Below are positions 49,428-62,959 of a DNA stretch of 64,000 nucleotides, in pieces. Origin of the DNA: Octopus bimaculoides (taxonomy: Eukaryota); contig NC_068999.1 of assembly GCF_001194135.2 (NCBI RefSeq), positions 51,842,758-51,906,757 on the forward strand. The letters run 5' to 3'. Made by a program: the position numbers and the translations under genes. Position 1 is the stretch's first letter. Each line of letters starts with the position of its first letter. The notes below the pieces were generated by a model. That model was not told the DNA's origin. It did no database searches and worked only from the letters and a program-made list of their open reading frames with translations.

Positions 49428-50620
49428 CCTTCTGCTTTCTGTCTGTCTCACTCCCCTATCTCAATCTCATTAATAATATCCACCAGACTAAATCCTCCCT
49501 TACAAGAAAAACTGTGTTCTACAGGATGATATCCTAAAAGGAAATGCCTTCTACCTTTTCAAACCCCCAAATGTCTCCAGTTACAATTTGAGAATTTTTT
49601 TTACGTGATTTCTTTCATTTGACTCAACTCTCAAGTAACTGTCTCATATCATGGGATTCATGGGATTTTCATCAATTTATACAATCATATCTATCATTTA
49701 TCAGAATTCATTTTGTTAACATTCTGTTTTTATATTGGATCAGTCCAAAGTTTTAGTCTCTTGCTGTGGTTTAATTCCAATTCCAGCAAACCCTGATGAA
49801 GCTGGCTTGGAATCAATTATTCCAGCTTTGACCTTTTTGATTTTGTTTCCTAAGACTTCTTTTTTTCTTACATTGTCTGACATACTCTCTTTTATTTAAG
49901 ATGGCTTTACTCAACTTTATTCTCAACATGAATGCCAAAAACAAACAAAAATGCTCAAGATCCTTTTAAATTTCCTATTTTCTGTATTCTGAATAAAATG
50001 TGTATTACATGGAAACTCTTAGGCCTTAGCTCTATGAGGAATTTATGTGTTTATTAAGCTACAACTTATTCCAGTTTCCATGCTGCTGTCTTAAAAAAAG
50101 GCTAAAGTCCTGGTCACATTATCATTATGCTTGAGAAAATGATGGGATAGTCACAGCTGGAATGCTTATGACCTGGGACTCTGCAGAAACATTATTTGTA
50201 CCATATTATTAACTAAATTACCAAGCCTCTGTGTGGTTGCTTGACCTATAAGGAAAAGCAAAAGCTGCTAAGTTGCACTCTGCATGATGTAGTTAGAAGT
50301 AAGTTTGATTTTGATCTTAGGTTTCTTCACTTATGACTAACCTTTGGCTTAATAGAAATATTAAAAAAAGCATCTACAAACTAAGGATCTTTGTTGAAGT
50401 CTTTTATTTTTTTCTCTTGTGCAGTCAATAAAGATATTCTCTTGACTATAAAATGTCATCTGTATGTTGTACTCTAAGTAAAAACTTACTTTTTTTTTCT
50501 GTTAAAATATCGAATATTGATACCAACAGAAAATATGTATCCAATTCAGTGCAGCCATGCTGCAGTTATCTGCTTATGTTGAATAACATAAATAGGTAAG
50601 CTAGTATCAGTGTGTGCATA

Positions 50621-50708
<88 letters not shown>

Positions 50709-51095
50709 AAGAAAGAAAGGTTGTTAAATCTCTAATTACCATCAATGTAGTTACATATGTATGTGTGTTGCTACAAAGCTTCAATTATGAGGAAATTAAG
50801 TCTGCTTACAGGTTTACTTAATAATAGCTTTGCAAGTTGAAACTGCATTTTATTATTTATTATCATTGATGACTAATTTCATGACCTTTCTTCTAAATAC
50901 AGCAGTGATTGGTTAAGTAGTATTGGTCGCTCCAGAAATACAATGTTACTCAAATCCTCTATACAGACAACAGTTACTAGAATTGTTGGAGGTTTTGGAT
51001 TCAGATGTAAACAAACAAATTTAGTTTGCTTTTATTCCAAACATAAGGCAGCACTTTGGCGTAGATGCTAGTGCATCAGATAGATTACCTCACAG

Positions 51096-51327
51096 CAGTG
51101 GTTCTCAACTGAGGTCCACATAAGGCTTTGCTGTTAAAATTTATCTCCAATAAATTGGTTATACTTCTACAATACACATTATATTATAACAATTTTTCTT
51201 ACACTATTCTTAATAATATTTAATTATAAAACTATAGTAGGATTTTTTTTTTAATGGTTAGGAGGGTCCACTCAAGTAAAATAGGAATCAAAGAGGTCTA
51301 TAGGTAAAAAATGGTTCAGAAACACGG
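51096..51327. mobile_element. hAT (Charlie-type) MITE
   Basis: TIR CAGTGGTTCTCAAC...GGTTCAGAAACACGG; imperfect 8-bp TSD CCTCACAG / TCTTACAG. Confidence 0.7.
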
Positions 51328-53336
51328 TCTTACAGTGTTCAGTTTGGCTCTCTATACTCTGAGTTCAAATATATTCTGAAGTTAACTTTGCCTTTCAGAG
51401 TCAATAAAGTACCACTTCTCTGTTAGGGTCTGTTCTTCTCTTTCTTTCTTGCTGTTTATCTGTCTCTTTCTCTCTTCACAAATTAGTTGTACTTACTTAT
51501 ACTTGTACCTGTGGCAGCATTCACCTGGTATATGTTGAACTGGCTCCAACCAATGAGTGGGAATTTAAGTGGCAATCCAAATTGACATGTGGTCCCCAGT
51601 CACATGCAAATCAGCTGTGATCAGATTTGAAGAGGGATGGGCTTCACTAGATCTTAAGTTTGACCAAGATGAGCTATAAGTCATAACAGTGCCACCTACA
51701 ACTCTATCAGGAGTTGAAATAATAAAGCAAGGCCAAAGCATGTTGAAACATGTTTAATATTTCTTTGTTGGCTTAGTGCTTCATTTAGTAGGAAGTTGTG
51801 AGATTGAAATATTGAGTTATCAAATAACTGAAAGATAAACACGATGTCCATCTGAAATACGCAGTTATGCAGTTTTCTGTTTGAAGTTGGACTAGTTTTT
51901 TGTTTTTTACTCAAAGTAGTATTGCAGCGAACAGAACCTTTTAGTAAGTCATTAGCTGCTGGTCTTCAGTAACAAATAAAGAGATCATATTTCACCTGTT
52001 ATGGGGTCATCTGCTACATCCAGAATTTAATGCAGTAACTGAAGATAAAGTACTTTTTGACTGATCATTAAATTTCCATTTTTGTACCAAGTTTGGTCAG
52101 CTATGAGATTGTGTTTCGCCATACCTACTTGGGTAACAAGACTATTGGATTACTATTTCAGAGAGGTTGGAAAACATTGTAAATGGTAAATACTGTAATG
52201 TCAGTAAATTCATTTTCTGTTTTACCATCAAAAACTGCAACAGGAGGAGCTCTGTGCTATTTTAAATTGTCAGAAGATTTAAATAGAAGCTTTCCCTTCT
52301 TTACATTTCTTTCTGAATCAGACTAATTAAGCTCACATTTGTAATAGAAATAATTGACCTGCCTGCTTTAGAAATAAATAGTTGACATTAATTTAACTTA
52401 AGAATTTGGTTTTTATCTATCTTCTTTTTTTGATGTTATCAGAAGAAAAAAAATATTTCATTCCATCCATCTAAATCTCTATCAATACATATTTCATTTA
52501 TTCCCTCTCTCTTTTTGTGTGTGTTAATGTGCATGTGTGCATACACACACATGCACATGCATACTGATGGTTGCCTTTTGACATTTTAAACAATTGTATT
52601 TTAGCTAAAATCTTTGTATATAATCTCTATTTCATTTTCCAAACATGTTAGTAGTCTGAAAGTAGAACATGAATATTTTGCCTGTGTGTTGTTGATAAGC
52701 AGAACCTATATGTAGGTTATTCACTAAGTTGACTGAATCCCTCTAGCATAGTATGTATTCTCTCAAGAAGCAATTATAATCAACTTATTATTGATTAGTC
52801 TAGGAACGTACAACCTCTCATTACTATAAACTATATATTTTTTTTATGGACTTTATACAGCGTTTCTAAATCTTCAGCTATTATGATTGCATTATAGTAA
52901 AGCATATTCACTCTCTTGATATATTATCTGGCAGTACTACCTTCATAACTGCAGTGTTTTATAGCTTTATTATAATGTTATTCCACTTGTTTACAGAGAA
53001 TGCATTTAACATTTGTTTGCATGATAATGACAATTACAATATAACCATTTTTTTTTTTTTGTTTTTAACGATCTAACAAAAGTGTTACTCCCTTCTCTGA
53101 ACATGGTACTACATCAGACAAAATTAAAGACTTGGTCAGCTAGGTAGGCTATACACATGCATATTCTTGTAATGTACTAATATAGCTCTATCATACATGA
53201 TTTCTCCTCTTTAAATTACAATATACTCTTTTGAAATGTGAAATATATGGAAATATATTTGTGACATACCCCAAAATACACACTCTTAATATACTTCAAA
53301 TTTAGAGGAAAACAATCGATAAGCACTTAATAATAA

Positions 53337-53708
53337 TAAGAGAACTCGGAGAGTGCAAGCCTCCACCAAGGCAACACCAACGTCCTCTCAATGATTAGCC
53401 AGAGATGATTTTTAAAATGAGAATATCTGAAATAAACTCAACTGCTCTCACAAATAAGAATTCTAAAAATGAACCCAACCGCTCTCAAAAATTAAGTAAA
53501 AAAAAAAAAAAAGGCAAAATAATCCAGAATCTTTGTCTGATCCCAAAATCTAATCAGTTCATGCCAGTCATGAGGCCAAACATCCCTGAAAGTTTCATCC
53601 GAATCCATCCAGCAGTTCTTGAGATATCTTGTCCACATACATACATACATACAAACAAACAAACAAATATGACTGAAAACAATGCCCTCGCTAAGGCGGA
53701 GGTAATAA
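53337..53708 (-). mobile_element. Helentron/Helitron2-associated non-autonomous element (HINE/DINE-like)
   Basis: - strand starts TTATTACCTCCGCC; short hairpin CCTCGC-TAAG-GCGGAGG; internal (TTTG)n(TATG)n; related CCTCCACCAAGGC motif near the other end; TT/TTAA-type flanks. Confidence 0.65.
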
Positions 53709-56199
53709 GTCAAACACTGTATTGGGGTGATTTGTATAAAGGACTACTATGTATCTTAGAGTATAAACCAATACGGTTTCTGTACAGCTGAAATAACACT
53801 ACAATATTCATTTAGCTACATAGCAAAAAAACTTTATAGAGATTACTGAACTTAACATGTTACATCTGTCTGAAAACTTAGTAAATTGTTGTGTCTTTTC
53901 TGTTGTCGCCTTCCTTCTACAGAAGTTTTACATTTTGGAGATGAAACTGTATTCAGTAATGTATGGAACTCCCTTCCCCCCTAATTCTTCATGTTGTTTC
54001 ATTAAATTTACTTTAGTAGAAATACTTAAGCAAGAACAAAATTATGAAAGGTGCAATTTTTGAATAGAAAGGTTTGAAAATATCTTGTTTGTATGATTGG
54101 ATGTCCAACTTTATGTGAACTACTACATTTTTAAAATATATGTATTTTCAAATTAAATGAGATAATTTTGTTGATATATATTTGTCCTTTGCTGAAAGAC
54201 AATGTCATGTCTGTACATTGAACCCATGTCGTACAACTCGTGTAGTATGAGCAACAAATGCGATCTTATAGCGGTAAAATTTGGTGAAATATAAATGTAT
54301 TAGCAATGGTGATTAATGACAGCTTTACAATTTCATGCAGTTGATGATTTACATTGTAAACTGGTAACAAGAAAGTAAAAGAAACAGTTTGTCTTTCGCA
54401 AGTAGTGTTGCCTCCAGACGGCCAGTGAGTCACGAATGACCTATGTAATTTATAGTATGCATCAATTATAGAAGACTTTAAAATGTTGCCAAATATAGAT
54501 TTAGATCTTGCTCAGAGAGGTGTACTTGGCATTTTCCCCACAACACTACATGTCGTATAAAAATCTTAGATCCCTACATTTCATCTATCTGCTTATCAAT
54601 TACATAAATAGAAATAATTTCTCTCCTAGTTTTTGATAATATTTACTCTCTTTGAAGCAAAACCTTTCTATTTAAAAACAGAGACAAAAAAAAAAAATCA
54701 GCTTTTAACATGATTAATTGATCTACTCCTACTCAAAACTCACAGTGTTTTGACATCTATTTCTTTTCTATTCTGACTTTGGTTAATCAAGCCTATTACA
54801 ATCTCAGTATCTTTAATATTCTGAATATTTTGGCAGGAGCTTATTCTGCTGGGTAAGGTTGATGATGCCAAGAAAAATGTTAATTTCATTTCTGTTATTT
54901 TTGTGAAGTAGTTATAATAAAAAAAAAATAATAGCAACAAAAACTACAAATCATTCGTACTATTCTCCAATGTTCAGTTCTTACCTGACTCCTCATTATT
55001 TTCTCAATCAGTGAGTGATTTTTTTTAGTTTCTGCTTTTATCACCTTGCTCTTCCAATATCTCTCTCTCTCTCTCTCAGTTCAAAATAGTGCCAATAGAC
55101 ACCTGATGAAAATTACGTCCACTGATAATTGCCTCAGAAGGAGCATGAAGCTTACTGTAAGGAATCACTAGACTGAATGCAACACTGTGTCTGTGTCTGT
55201 CTGTATGTCAGCCTGTCAGTCCAACTCTCTTACACGCACACATATGTGTACATACTTATATCCATACATAAATGCAGTCCTATGTCTGAAACAAGATACA
55301 AGATTAAAGAAGTCTTTGCTTCACAGCTTTTTGAAAGTCTTGTTTTAGTGTAAATCACGTAACCCCTTTTGATCCCAACCCTGGTGGGACTCGCCATGGT
55401 TCTATGATGCATAATACCTGTTTTAAAGGGATCTAAATTAAAACCTTTCTGTATGTCTGCTTGTCAGTCCAGCAATCTCTCTCTCACACACACACACACA
55501 TGTACATACTTATATCCATACATAAATGCTTGAGTTTGTTTGTTTTTCATGGGGGTGGAGAGGGTTTACACAAAATATTATCCACTGAGATATTGGTGTT
55601 GAACTTTTTATTTATCAATTTTTATATATTTTCCATTTGATTGATGGTAATGTAGTGTATAGGAATGTTGAAACTGCTGAAGTTTATTCAAGAATAATTT
55701 AATATGATTCACATTGAAATGCCTTCAAGAATAAAATTAACATTGATTTAAAATTGAAATGCTTTAAATTATAACAAACATTTATTATGTTTTATTATTC
55801 AGAGTCAAATTTAATATTTGATAGTCAACAGTGAGCATTAACCTATAATCTCTCTGAGTTTACTGAATGAATATCAACTACAAACTTGAAGTTTAATGGT
55901 TTTTCTAAGTCCTCCCAAGAGAATATTTTTTAGACTTCTGTCAAACAGCATTAGACAGTTAATAAATATCACTTTTTGCTGCAGATGCTAGAATTTCCAA
56001 CTTATTAATGTGTGTGTTTAGTCACAAGCAATATAAGCAATCTGATAGGTGTGAATTCTATTGTTGATGAGTCTGTCTGTTATGCATTTTAAAAAAATCT
56101 TCTCTTACTGTTATTAGATTAAACATAAATATGTAAATATAATCTTACTGTCTGAATACTTAATGTCATTTAAATGTCTTTTGTATATTGTTTAGAAAT

Positions 56200-56372
56200 G
56201 CAGGTATGCTTGAGTTGCTAAAAAGGTCGCTATGCAACCACTTGGTTTCAGAGACAATACCACTGCACTGCACTTTGGGCAAGTGTCTTCTGTGGTGACC
56301 TTGGGCCAACCAATACCTTGTGAGTGAATTTGGTAGATGGAAATTGTGTGGAAGTTTGTTCCCCCACAATTG
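56200..56372 (+). mobile_element. SINE family A 5' part
   Basis: ACTTTGGGCAAGTGTCTTC...GTGAGTGAATTTGGTAGATGGAAA. Confidence 0.7.
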
Positions 56373-56374
56373 CA

Positions 56375-56907
56375 ACACTGTTTCACCTGAACTCTTCTGG
56401 AGTGGAGGATGAGATTTTGACACTACAGGCTGACATTCAGCTATAGTCCAAGGCCCATGGACAGTTCTGGAACTTACTCTCAGAGGAAAAATACCCCATG
56501 AGGAGCTGTGCTACCTCCTTGACTGTATTATTCGGCTCCACTTATATGAATCAGCCTTTTCCCACATGAAGATTATCAAGTCCAAATACCGTTCCACCAT
56601 GACTGATGATGATTTGGAAGTGTGCTTGAGATTAGCTAGCAGGAGTTACAGTCCGGACTATGCATACCTGGCTGATTCCATTCAGTGCAAGCCATCAGAG
56701 TAAGATAATGACAAAAAGTGTACAGAGCTGTATTGTGCAATATGGGTTCATGCAGTTATGCAAGGTACACCAACATATATTGTACATATAATGAATCCTC
56801 AATATATTTATAAATAAATATATGTTTTGCATTTTTATAGTAGGTGGATCATTTTGACTTGGTCATTTTATAAGTGGCCTGCATGCTGAAAAAGTGAGTG
56901 CACTCTG
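56375..56907 (+). mobile_element. hAT (Charlie group) DNA transposon 3' remnant with transposase dimerisation domain and right TIR
   Basis: 56381-56703 translates FHLNSSGVEDEILTLQADIQL*SKAHGQFWNLLSEEKYPMRSCATSLTVLFGSTY / ESAFSHMKIIKSKYRSTMTDDDLEVCLRLASRSYSPDYAYLADSIQCKPSE* (stop at 56444, frameshift near 56546). FGSTY..E..FS is the hAT C-terminal motif. Ends GCTGAAAAAGTGAGTGCACTCTG. Confidence 0.9.
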
Positions 56908-57689
56908 CAGTAGCTCATCAAAATGATAATTTGACACTTATATATTTTAAAAGAAATTATGGATGTTGAAGGATACTTGTAGTAGATAAACTTTCATTTA
57001 GGATTTAATGTGTTTTTTTAAAATTTTAATTAAATTACAAATTGCATTTTACATGGTTTACTTTAATGGATTATTTCTGAGAAATATGTTGAAAAGTGAA
57101 TTGTATTTTTTTACTGAAAAGGAAAGGCATGCTTCAGTCTTTCAGAATCTATTATTAGATGCTTTTTTAGAATGTAATTTTCATTAGGAAAGTTAAGACT
57201 CTTGAAATTTACTTATGTTTAGTTTTTAGGTCAATAGTATTAATGGAAGAATAATGAGAAGTAGATTGAGAGAAGTAATAGCTATGTACAGGAAATGAGG
57301 TACCGAATTACCTTAAGCAATGTAACTGATGAGAAGGAACATATCTATAAATTCTCGGTGGATAATAATATTGAAATAAGGAGCTTGTTGGTGTACTTTT
57401 AGCACAGAAGGATATAAACTATAATTGGTATAATTAAAGTGACTGATAGAATAGTAGACTGCTTAGGTTATTAAAGTAGCTGGAAGATGGAAGAAAAGAG
57501 TTGGCAGAGCAATTCAATATCGTATTGTTACTTCAATGAATGTTCAAATAATAAGTAGACTTTTAAGTAGACAAATAGAAAACTGAAACTTCAGATTTCC
57601 TATTTGCCAAGGATTTAAAATTGTGAATTTCTCATAGTATCAGGAATGTGAATAATAAGCCATCACAATGATCATCAGGTGAAGCTTGC

Positions 57690-58140
57690 TTGGATTTAAA
57701 TCTTTCTGCAGCTAAATCACATCTGTAGCCGCAAGTTCTATAGATGTTAGCAATTAACTTTTGGAAATAGGTAATCCTAGTTAATGTTAAGAACAAAGTG
57801 ATTGTGTGATGGAGGAAACTTTTATGAAGAATGTGCCAAGAGTGTAATATTGAGTGTCAGTGAAACTTGGATAGTAAAATCATGAATTAGTTGGCTATTA
57901 GAGATAAATATATTAATTAGATGTGCATTGTAGATTTGGGAAACATGTTGAGTGAAGTGAAATAATTTAAAAACTATGTTGCATGGAATAGAGAAACAAG
58001 CAGTATGAAATGACTGCATTGGTATTGACTGTGCAGAAGGGCGAAGCCTGTTGGGTTACAAAAAGATGCAAGGAGTTCAGCCATGAAGTGAAGACATTCT
58101 GGAATAAAGAAGTTAGCCTTGTGAGATTAGTCATGTCAAA
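57690..58140 (+). mobile_element. Very decayed RTE-like LINE fragment
   Basis: Remnant FYEECAKSVIL.VSETW resembles the RTE LYDACVRS.ML.GSETW motif. Confidence 0.45.
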
Positions 58141-59789
58141 TGAAAGGCTGGCAAGACGGATGGGAGGCTATTTTGCGGACCCATATAACTTAAGCTGAAA
58201 TTGAAAATTGAGTGTTGGAATGATGACTAGTGGATAACAAGAGGAGATAAAAGTAGTAGAAAGTGTGAACTATCTTTTTTTATGACTAGTTTAACTATTA
58301 TAAGTATTCAATTAAGTGATTAGACATAGATTTTTCCTAGCTGAAAATACTTAAACTAAGACGTAATAGACTGATAATCAATAATTTGCATCTGTGAGGT
58401 AAACATAGACATGGTTATCTAGTTCACAATTAATTTAGAGGCAGGCTGGTCGGACTGGTTAGGCACAGCAGTTTACATTCTCTTATGATATTTAATGTTG
58501 ACGATTCAGCCAGTTATATTAGTAAATAGCTGTAATTTGTGTGTGTGATCTAATGGTTTCTCTCCCACAGCAAAACTTTTGTCATTCATTTCTTCGTTTA
58601 CTCTTCAGTGCAGGTGGTAGATTTTTTTTTCTTTCCCTCTTTGTAAGATATATATAAGAATGATGTTGGTGCAGATATATTTAGCTCCCTTCTTTCTTTT
58701 TCACTGTTGTTGCTATGTTAATAATAGTGCGTCTCATTATCATTAGACTGGTTATTGCCAGCGCTTGGTAACTGGGATGTCTGTCTCTCTTACTCAACCA
58801 TGCTTCTTATTGTAAAGATTCTGTTGATTGTTGTAATATCCAACACAAAAAGTCATTGCATTACACAAGTTCATCCTATTGATTCATCGCTATCAGAAAG
58901 CTTTATTGTCGTTTCATATCAATGGAACTGTATTGTTTATTGCAGTACACTCAATATTTTCTCTGATTAGAAAACAGGAAGAAAATGCTTTTCAACTTTT
59001 TCCTAATTTTTCTTCTTTTTCCGATGATGATGATTATTATTATTATTAGTAGTAGTAGTATTTTGCTTGGTAACTTTTGTTTTGTTTCCCCCTGTGTTCA
59101 AGACATTGAAAATGTTCCTTTAACTGTCTACTGGCTTTTTTTAATTTTTTTTTTTTACCAACTTCTATTCAATTTATTTCTGTCAATATTGAAATCGATT
59201 GGCTTCCCATTTTCTCCCCCCCCCCTCCTTTTTTCTAATAATGGTTGTATGCTTTACAGCTAGCTTCTGCTCCATGGTTCTGTTTTTATTTTTATATTTA
59301 TGCAGATGCTAATCTGAGACACCACAAGTTTGTCTCTTTCTTCGTTTTTTATCATGATTTTTTGTTTTAAATATTTTTTCTATATATATTCTTTATCATT
59401 CCTCTCAGAAAGTATAAATTATGAAGTATGTTCTTTCTGTGTTCATAATGATATTACTCAAACAAAATTTATAAAATCATACTCAGTTCAGAAATACATA
59501 TTTTTCATACTATTGGCAGGCAGTACAATTTGTTTTATCGTATTTTATTAGTCAGGATTTTTTTTTTGCATTATTCTCTCAGATTAGCCTGCCAGATCTT
59601 TGCATTCTAATCAAAATAGCTCCACTGCTGGCTTCTGTGTCATAATTCTCATCCTAAACGCAAGAAATAAATAAGTAATGTTCATTTTGTTCTTTTATTT
59701 AATATAAAATTTTCTATAACTTTTAAAATTATTTTTCATTATAATAGTAATGATTTCTAGCATTGACACATAGCAACAACTGTCTAAGG

Positions 59790-59900
59790 GAGAAATCATT
59801 TGTTCATTCATTTTTATGCCCATTTTTCCATGCTAGCATGGGTTAGATGAATATATCACTATTGTGGCATTGTTTTACAATCTGATGCCTGTCTTCACTA
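59790..59900 (-). mobile_element. SINE family B 3' fragment
   Basis: CCATTTTTCCATGCTAGCATGGGTTAGA; a similar fragment lies at about 38450-38530. Confidence 0.6.
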
Positions 59901-60105
59901 GCTATTGCCTGTTTTTCAAACAAGGGATGTCTTATTCTACACATCTTTGTAGGTGCAAAGCCAAGTGGTGGCCTATCAACAAGGGAAATAACAGCAACAT
60001 TTCCACCCATAGCTGAGCAATTTTCGGAGAGTGTAAACACATATGTGCATGCGTACATTCTGCCTGTCTGTCTATCTACTCTAATCGGTCTGTCTGTCTG
60101 TCTAT

Positions 60106-60518
60106 AACTTAGCAGTTTACCAATAGAATAAGTACCAGGCTTAGAAAAAATAAATACTGGGGTTGATTCATTCAACTAAAATTTTTCAAGGCGGTGCCCT
60201 AGCATGGCCACAGTCTAATGACTGAAACAAGTAAAAAATTAAAGATAATCTGTCTGCCTGCCTGCCCACTTAATCTGTCTGCCCGCCTGCCTAATCTGCC
60301 TGCCCACTTAATCTGTCTGCTCGCCTAATCTCTCTAATCTTATCTGTCTGCCTATCTAATCTGTCTATTTGAACTTAGCGGTTCGGCAAAAGAGACCAAT
60401 AGAATAAGTACTAGGCTTACAAAGAATAAGTCCTGGGGTCGATTTGCTCGACTAAAGGCGGTGCTCCAGAATGGCCACAGTCAAATGACTGAAACAAGTA
60501 AAAGAGCAAAGAGAGTAT
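60106..60518 (+). mobile_element. Two tandem family-A SINE 3' halves separated by a CTGCCTAATCTGT-type minisatellite
   Basis: Both start at AACTTAG (60106 and 60372). The second differs from 34809-34945 at about 4 positions. Confidence 0.85.
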
Positions 60519-62079
60519 ACAGGTCATAGATTCAACTCATTAAGATGTTTCTTCTTTGGTACTAAAATCATCATGTAGTGGTGGTGGTGGTGGTGGTAGT
60601 TATCGTGGTGATAGTTATCGTGGTGGTAGTAGTAGTTGTAGTTATGGTGGTAGTTGTTGTAGTGTTTCAAATGTTATTCAACTAGTTTACTACATTTACC
60701 CAGAAGTGACTTCAGTAGATTTTTGTTTACATAGTATTAAAAAGAAAAGCAAGCACCACTTGTCTAAACCACTCAATAAAAACCAGCCAAGAGCTGTAAT
60801 TAACATTACTGAAGACATCCAGTTAGTTGCATTGGAAGAATTTTGGCATAATTTACTAATTAAATACAGTGATGTTTGTTGAATATTCAACTTCTATTTT
60901 TGGAACATTAAATGCTCCCTCAAAATATTTGAATTTAGAGTGTAATGTAGAAATATTTTAATGTGAAGTTCCTGAATACCATTGCAGGCATTGTAATCAG
61001 AACCCAATGAGCCAAGACACATACTGCAAGGCATCTCACCCTGGGACTCTTTTTGCAGTTCCACCACTTCATCACCCTGGGTCTGGAAAGGTCTTTTTTT
61101 TTCTTTCTCTTTTTTTGACTTCTGAAAAGATAAAAGGCAAAGCTGATCTGAATGCAGTTTGAACTGAGAATGCAAAGACTCAGAATAAATACAAGGCATT
61201 GTATTCAATGCTTTAACAATTCTGCCAATTCTCCACCTTGATTTTTTTTTCAAATATTAGCTTAATATTTATAACGAACACACATTTAACACCTATAATG
61301 AAATGGGTTTAATCTTTGTGTAAGTTCAAAAAATTCATTTCATTTCAGTGGAGAGAAGATAAAGTGAAACTTGCTTCAATTATGGAAATTGATACTCATG
61401 TTTTTGACCTCTTGTAAGAAAAATGTTGTACATGAAAGAGACAAATTAGAAATCATGCATTTATAATGACCATTCTAGATTTATTTTGTTTCTCTCTCTC
61501 TCAATTCACAGCTTATTCATTCTTATGAAACCCTAACAACTTTTTCTTAATGGAATTTTTACAACTATTCTCTTTGATCAGACATTGTGCGCAGNNNNNN
61601 NNNNGGGGGGGGCTATACACATGAGGGAAAGGAGGAATAATTTTGAATAATGTTTGCTTTGATTTTTACATTTGGTGTATGATTGATTATTGATATGAAA
61701 GATAACTTTAATTGCTTGATAGATCATTAACTATGGTAAACAAGAAAAAGAAATCAAAAAAACAATTTCTGTAATGGTTATTTATTTAATTTAGTAATCG
61801 AGTGTTTTCCTACGTTGCCAATTTTAGTTAGAATTTATATACACACATACACACACAGTGGTGCAGCCTCTGTCAGTCTCCGTAATAAGCATTCAGATGT
61901 TTGATCTACTATGTTGCTTGTGAAGTTCATGTATAAAGGCTGAATGTTCCAGAGCCTTTCCTACCCTCAGCACAATTTTCTGGCCAAATTAAGTTACATA
62001 ATGTGATAAGGCTGAACCTTTGAAATAATATATTGTTCGAAAAGAAAGGTGAGAGAGAGGTGGGGAGGTGGAGACAGAC

Positions 62080-62200
62080 AAGTACTTAACTAATAATTTA
62101 TCAACCCTGAAAGGATAAAAGTCAATGTTAACCTCAGCAGGATTTGAACTCAGAACAAATACTGCAAGGCATGCTCATTGATGCTCTAACAACTTTACTA
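62080..62200 (-). mobile_element. SINE family C fragment
   Basis: CCCTGAAAGGATAAAAGTCAATGTTAACCTCAGCAGGATTTGAACTCAGAAC. Confidence 0.7.
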
Positions 62201-62959
62201 ATTCATCTCGTACATCATTAAAATGTATAAAATTTGTTAGATGTATAGAATTAAATGGTCATGATTGCTATCTTCTAATGTTAAGGCATGTATTATTTGT
62301 AAATATTTTCTTTNNNNNNNNNNNNNNNNNNNNNGTGATTAAATTGTTTGTAAACAAATTGTGACTCCGTAGCCCTGTTGTGAATGCTCACTTTCCATTG
62401 GTGTTTGAAAAAAAAAATACTTTAAGATGAAGAATACTTCAACATTATTAATCACCATCAGTAATTCCAGTGTAATCATCCTCACTATATCATCATACAC
62501 ATTGAAAAGTCTTTTATATTTTTTGCTAAACTTGTTGGTTTCTGTAATTGGTCATGCAGCAGCACTGCCTCCAATGGCTTAGTTGATTATATTGACACCT
62601 CTTTGCAGTACTTTGCCTGGTACTCGTTTTATCAATCTCAGAAAAGAAAATGGTTAAGTGAGTTTAAGCAGGATTTGTACTCAAAAGATCAAAGGGTTTC
62701 GCCAAATAACGTAAGTTATTTTGTCCAATATTCCACTAATTCTGATGACAATTTCTTTGTGGTTCTTAGAGTTATGATGCCCATATGTAAAAAAAAAACA
62801 TGATAGAAAGTTGCAGGTCTTTGATCTGAGGTAGCATCAGTCCCAACCTTCCAACCGTAGTGAGGTCAACAGTTTGTACTCTGTCACCACTTCCAAGCTC
62901 TGTCTTTATCTTGTATCAGGCATAGGTCTGTCATGAGCCCCAGGTCTCATAAAGTTGAA

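Noticed and set aside
53880-53960. Strong + strand acceptor (…CCTTCCTTCTACAG at ~53912)
   Set aside because: The following sequence does not encode Rab6 exon 2 and has no convincing donor.
60556-60882. ORF with GGGGSYRGDSYRGG, resembling RGG proteins
   Set aside because: Derived from a degenerate (GGT/AGT)n repeat; the rest is AT-rich and has no splice support.
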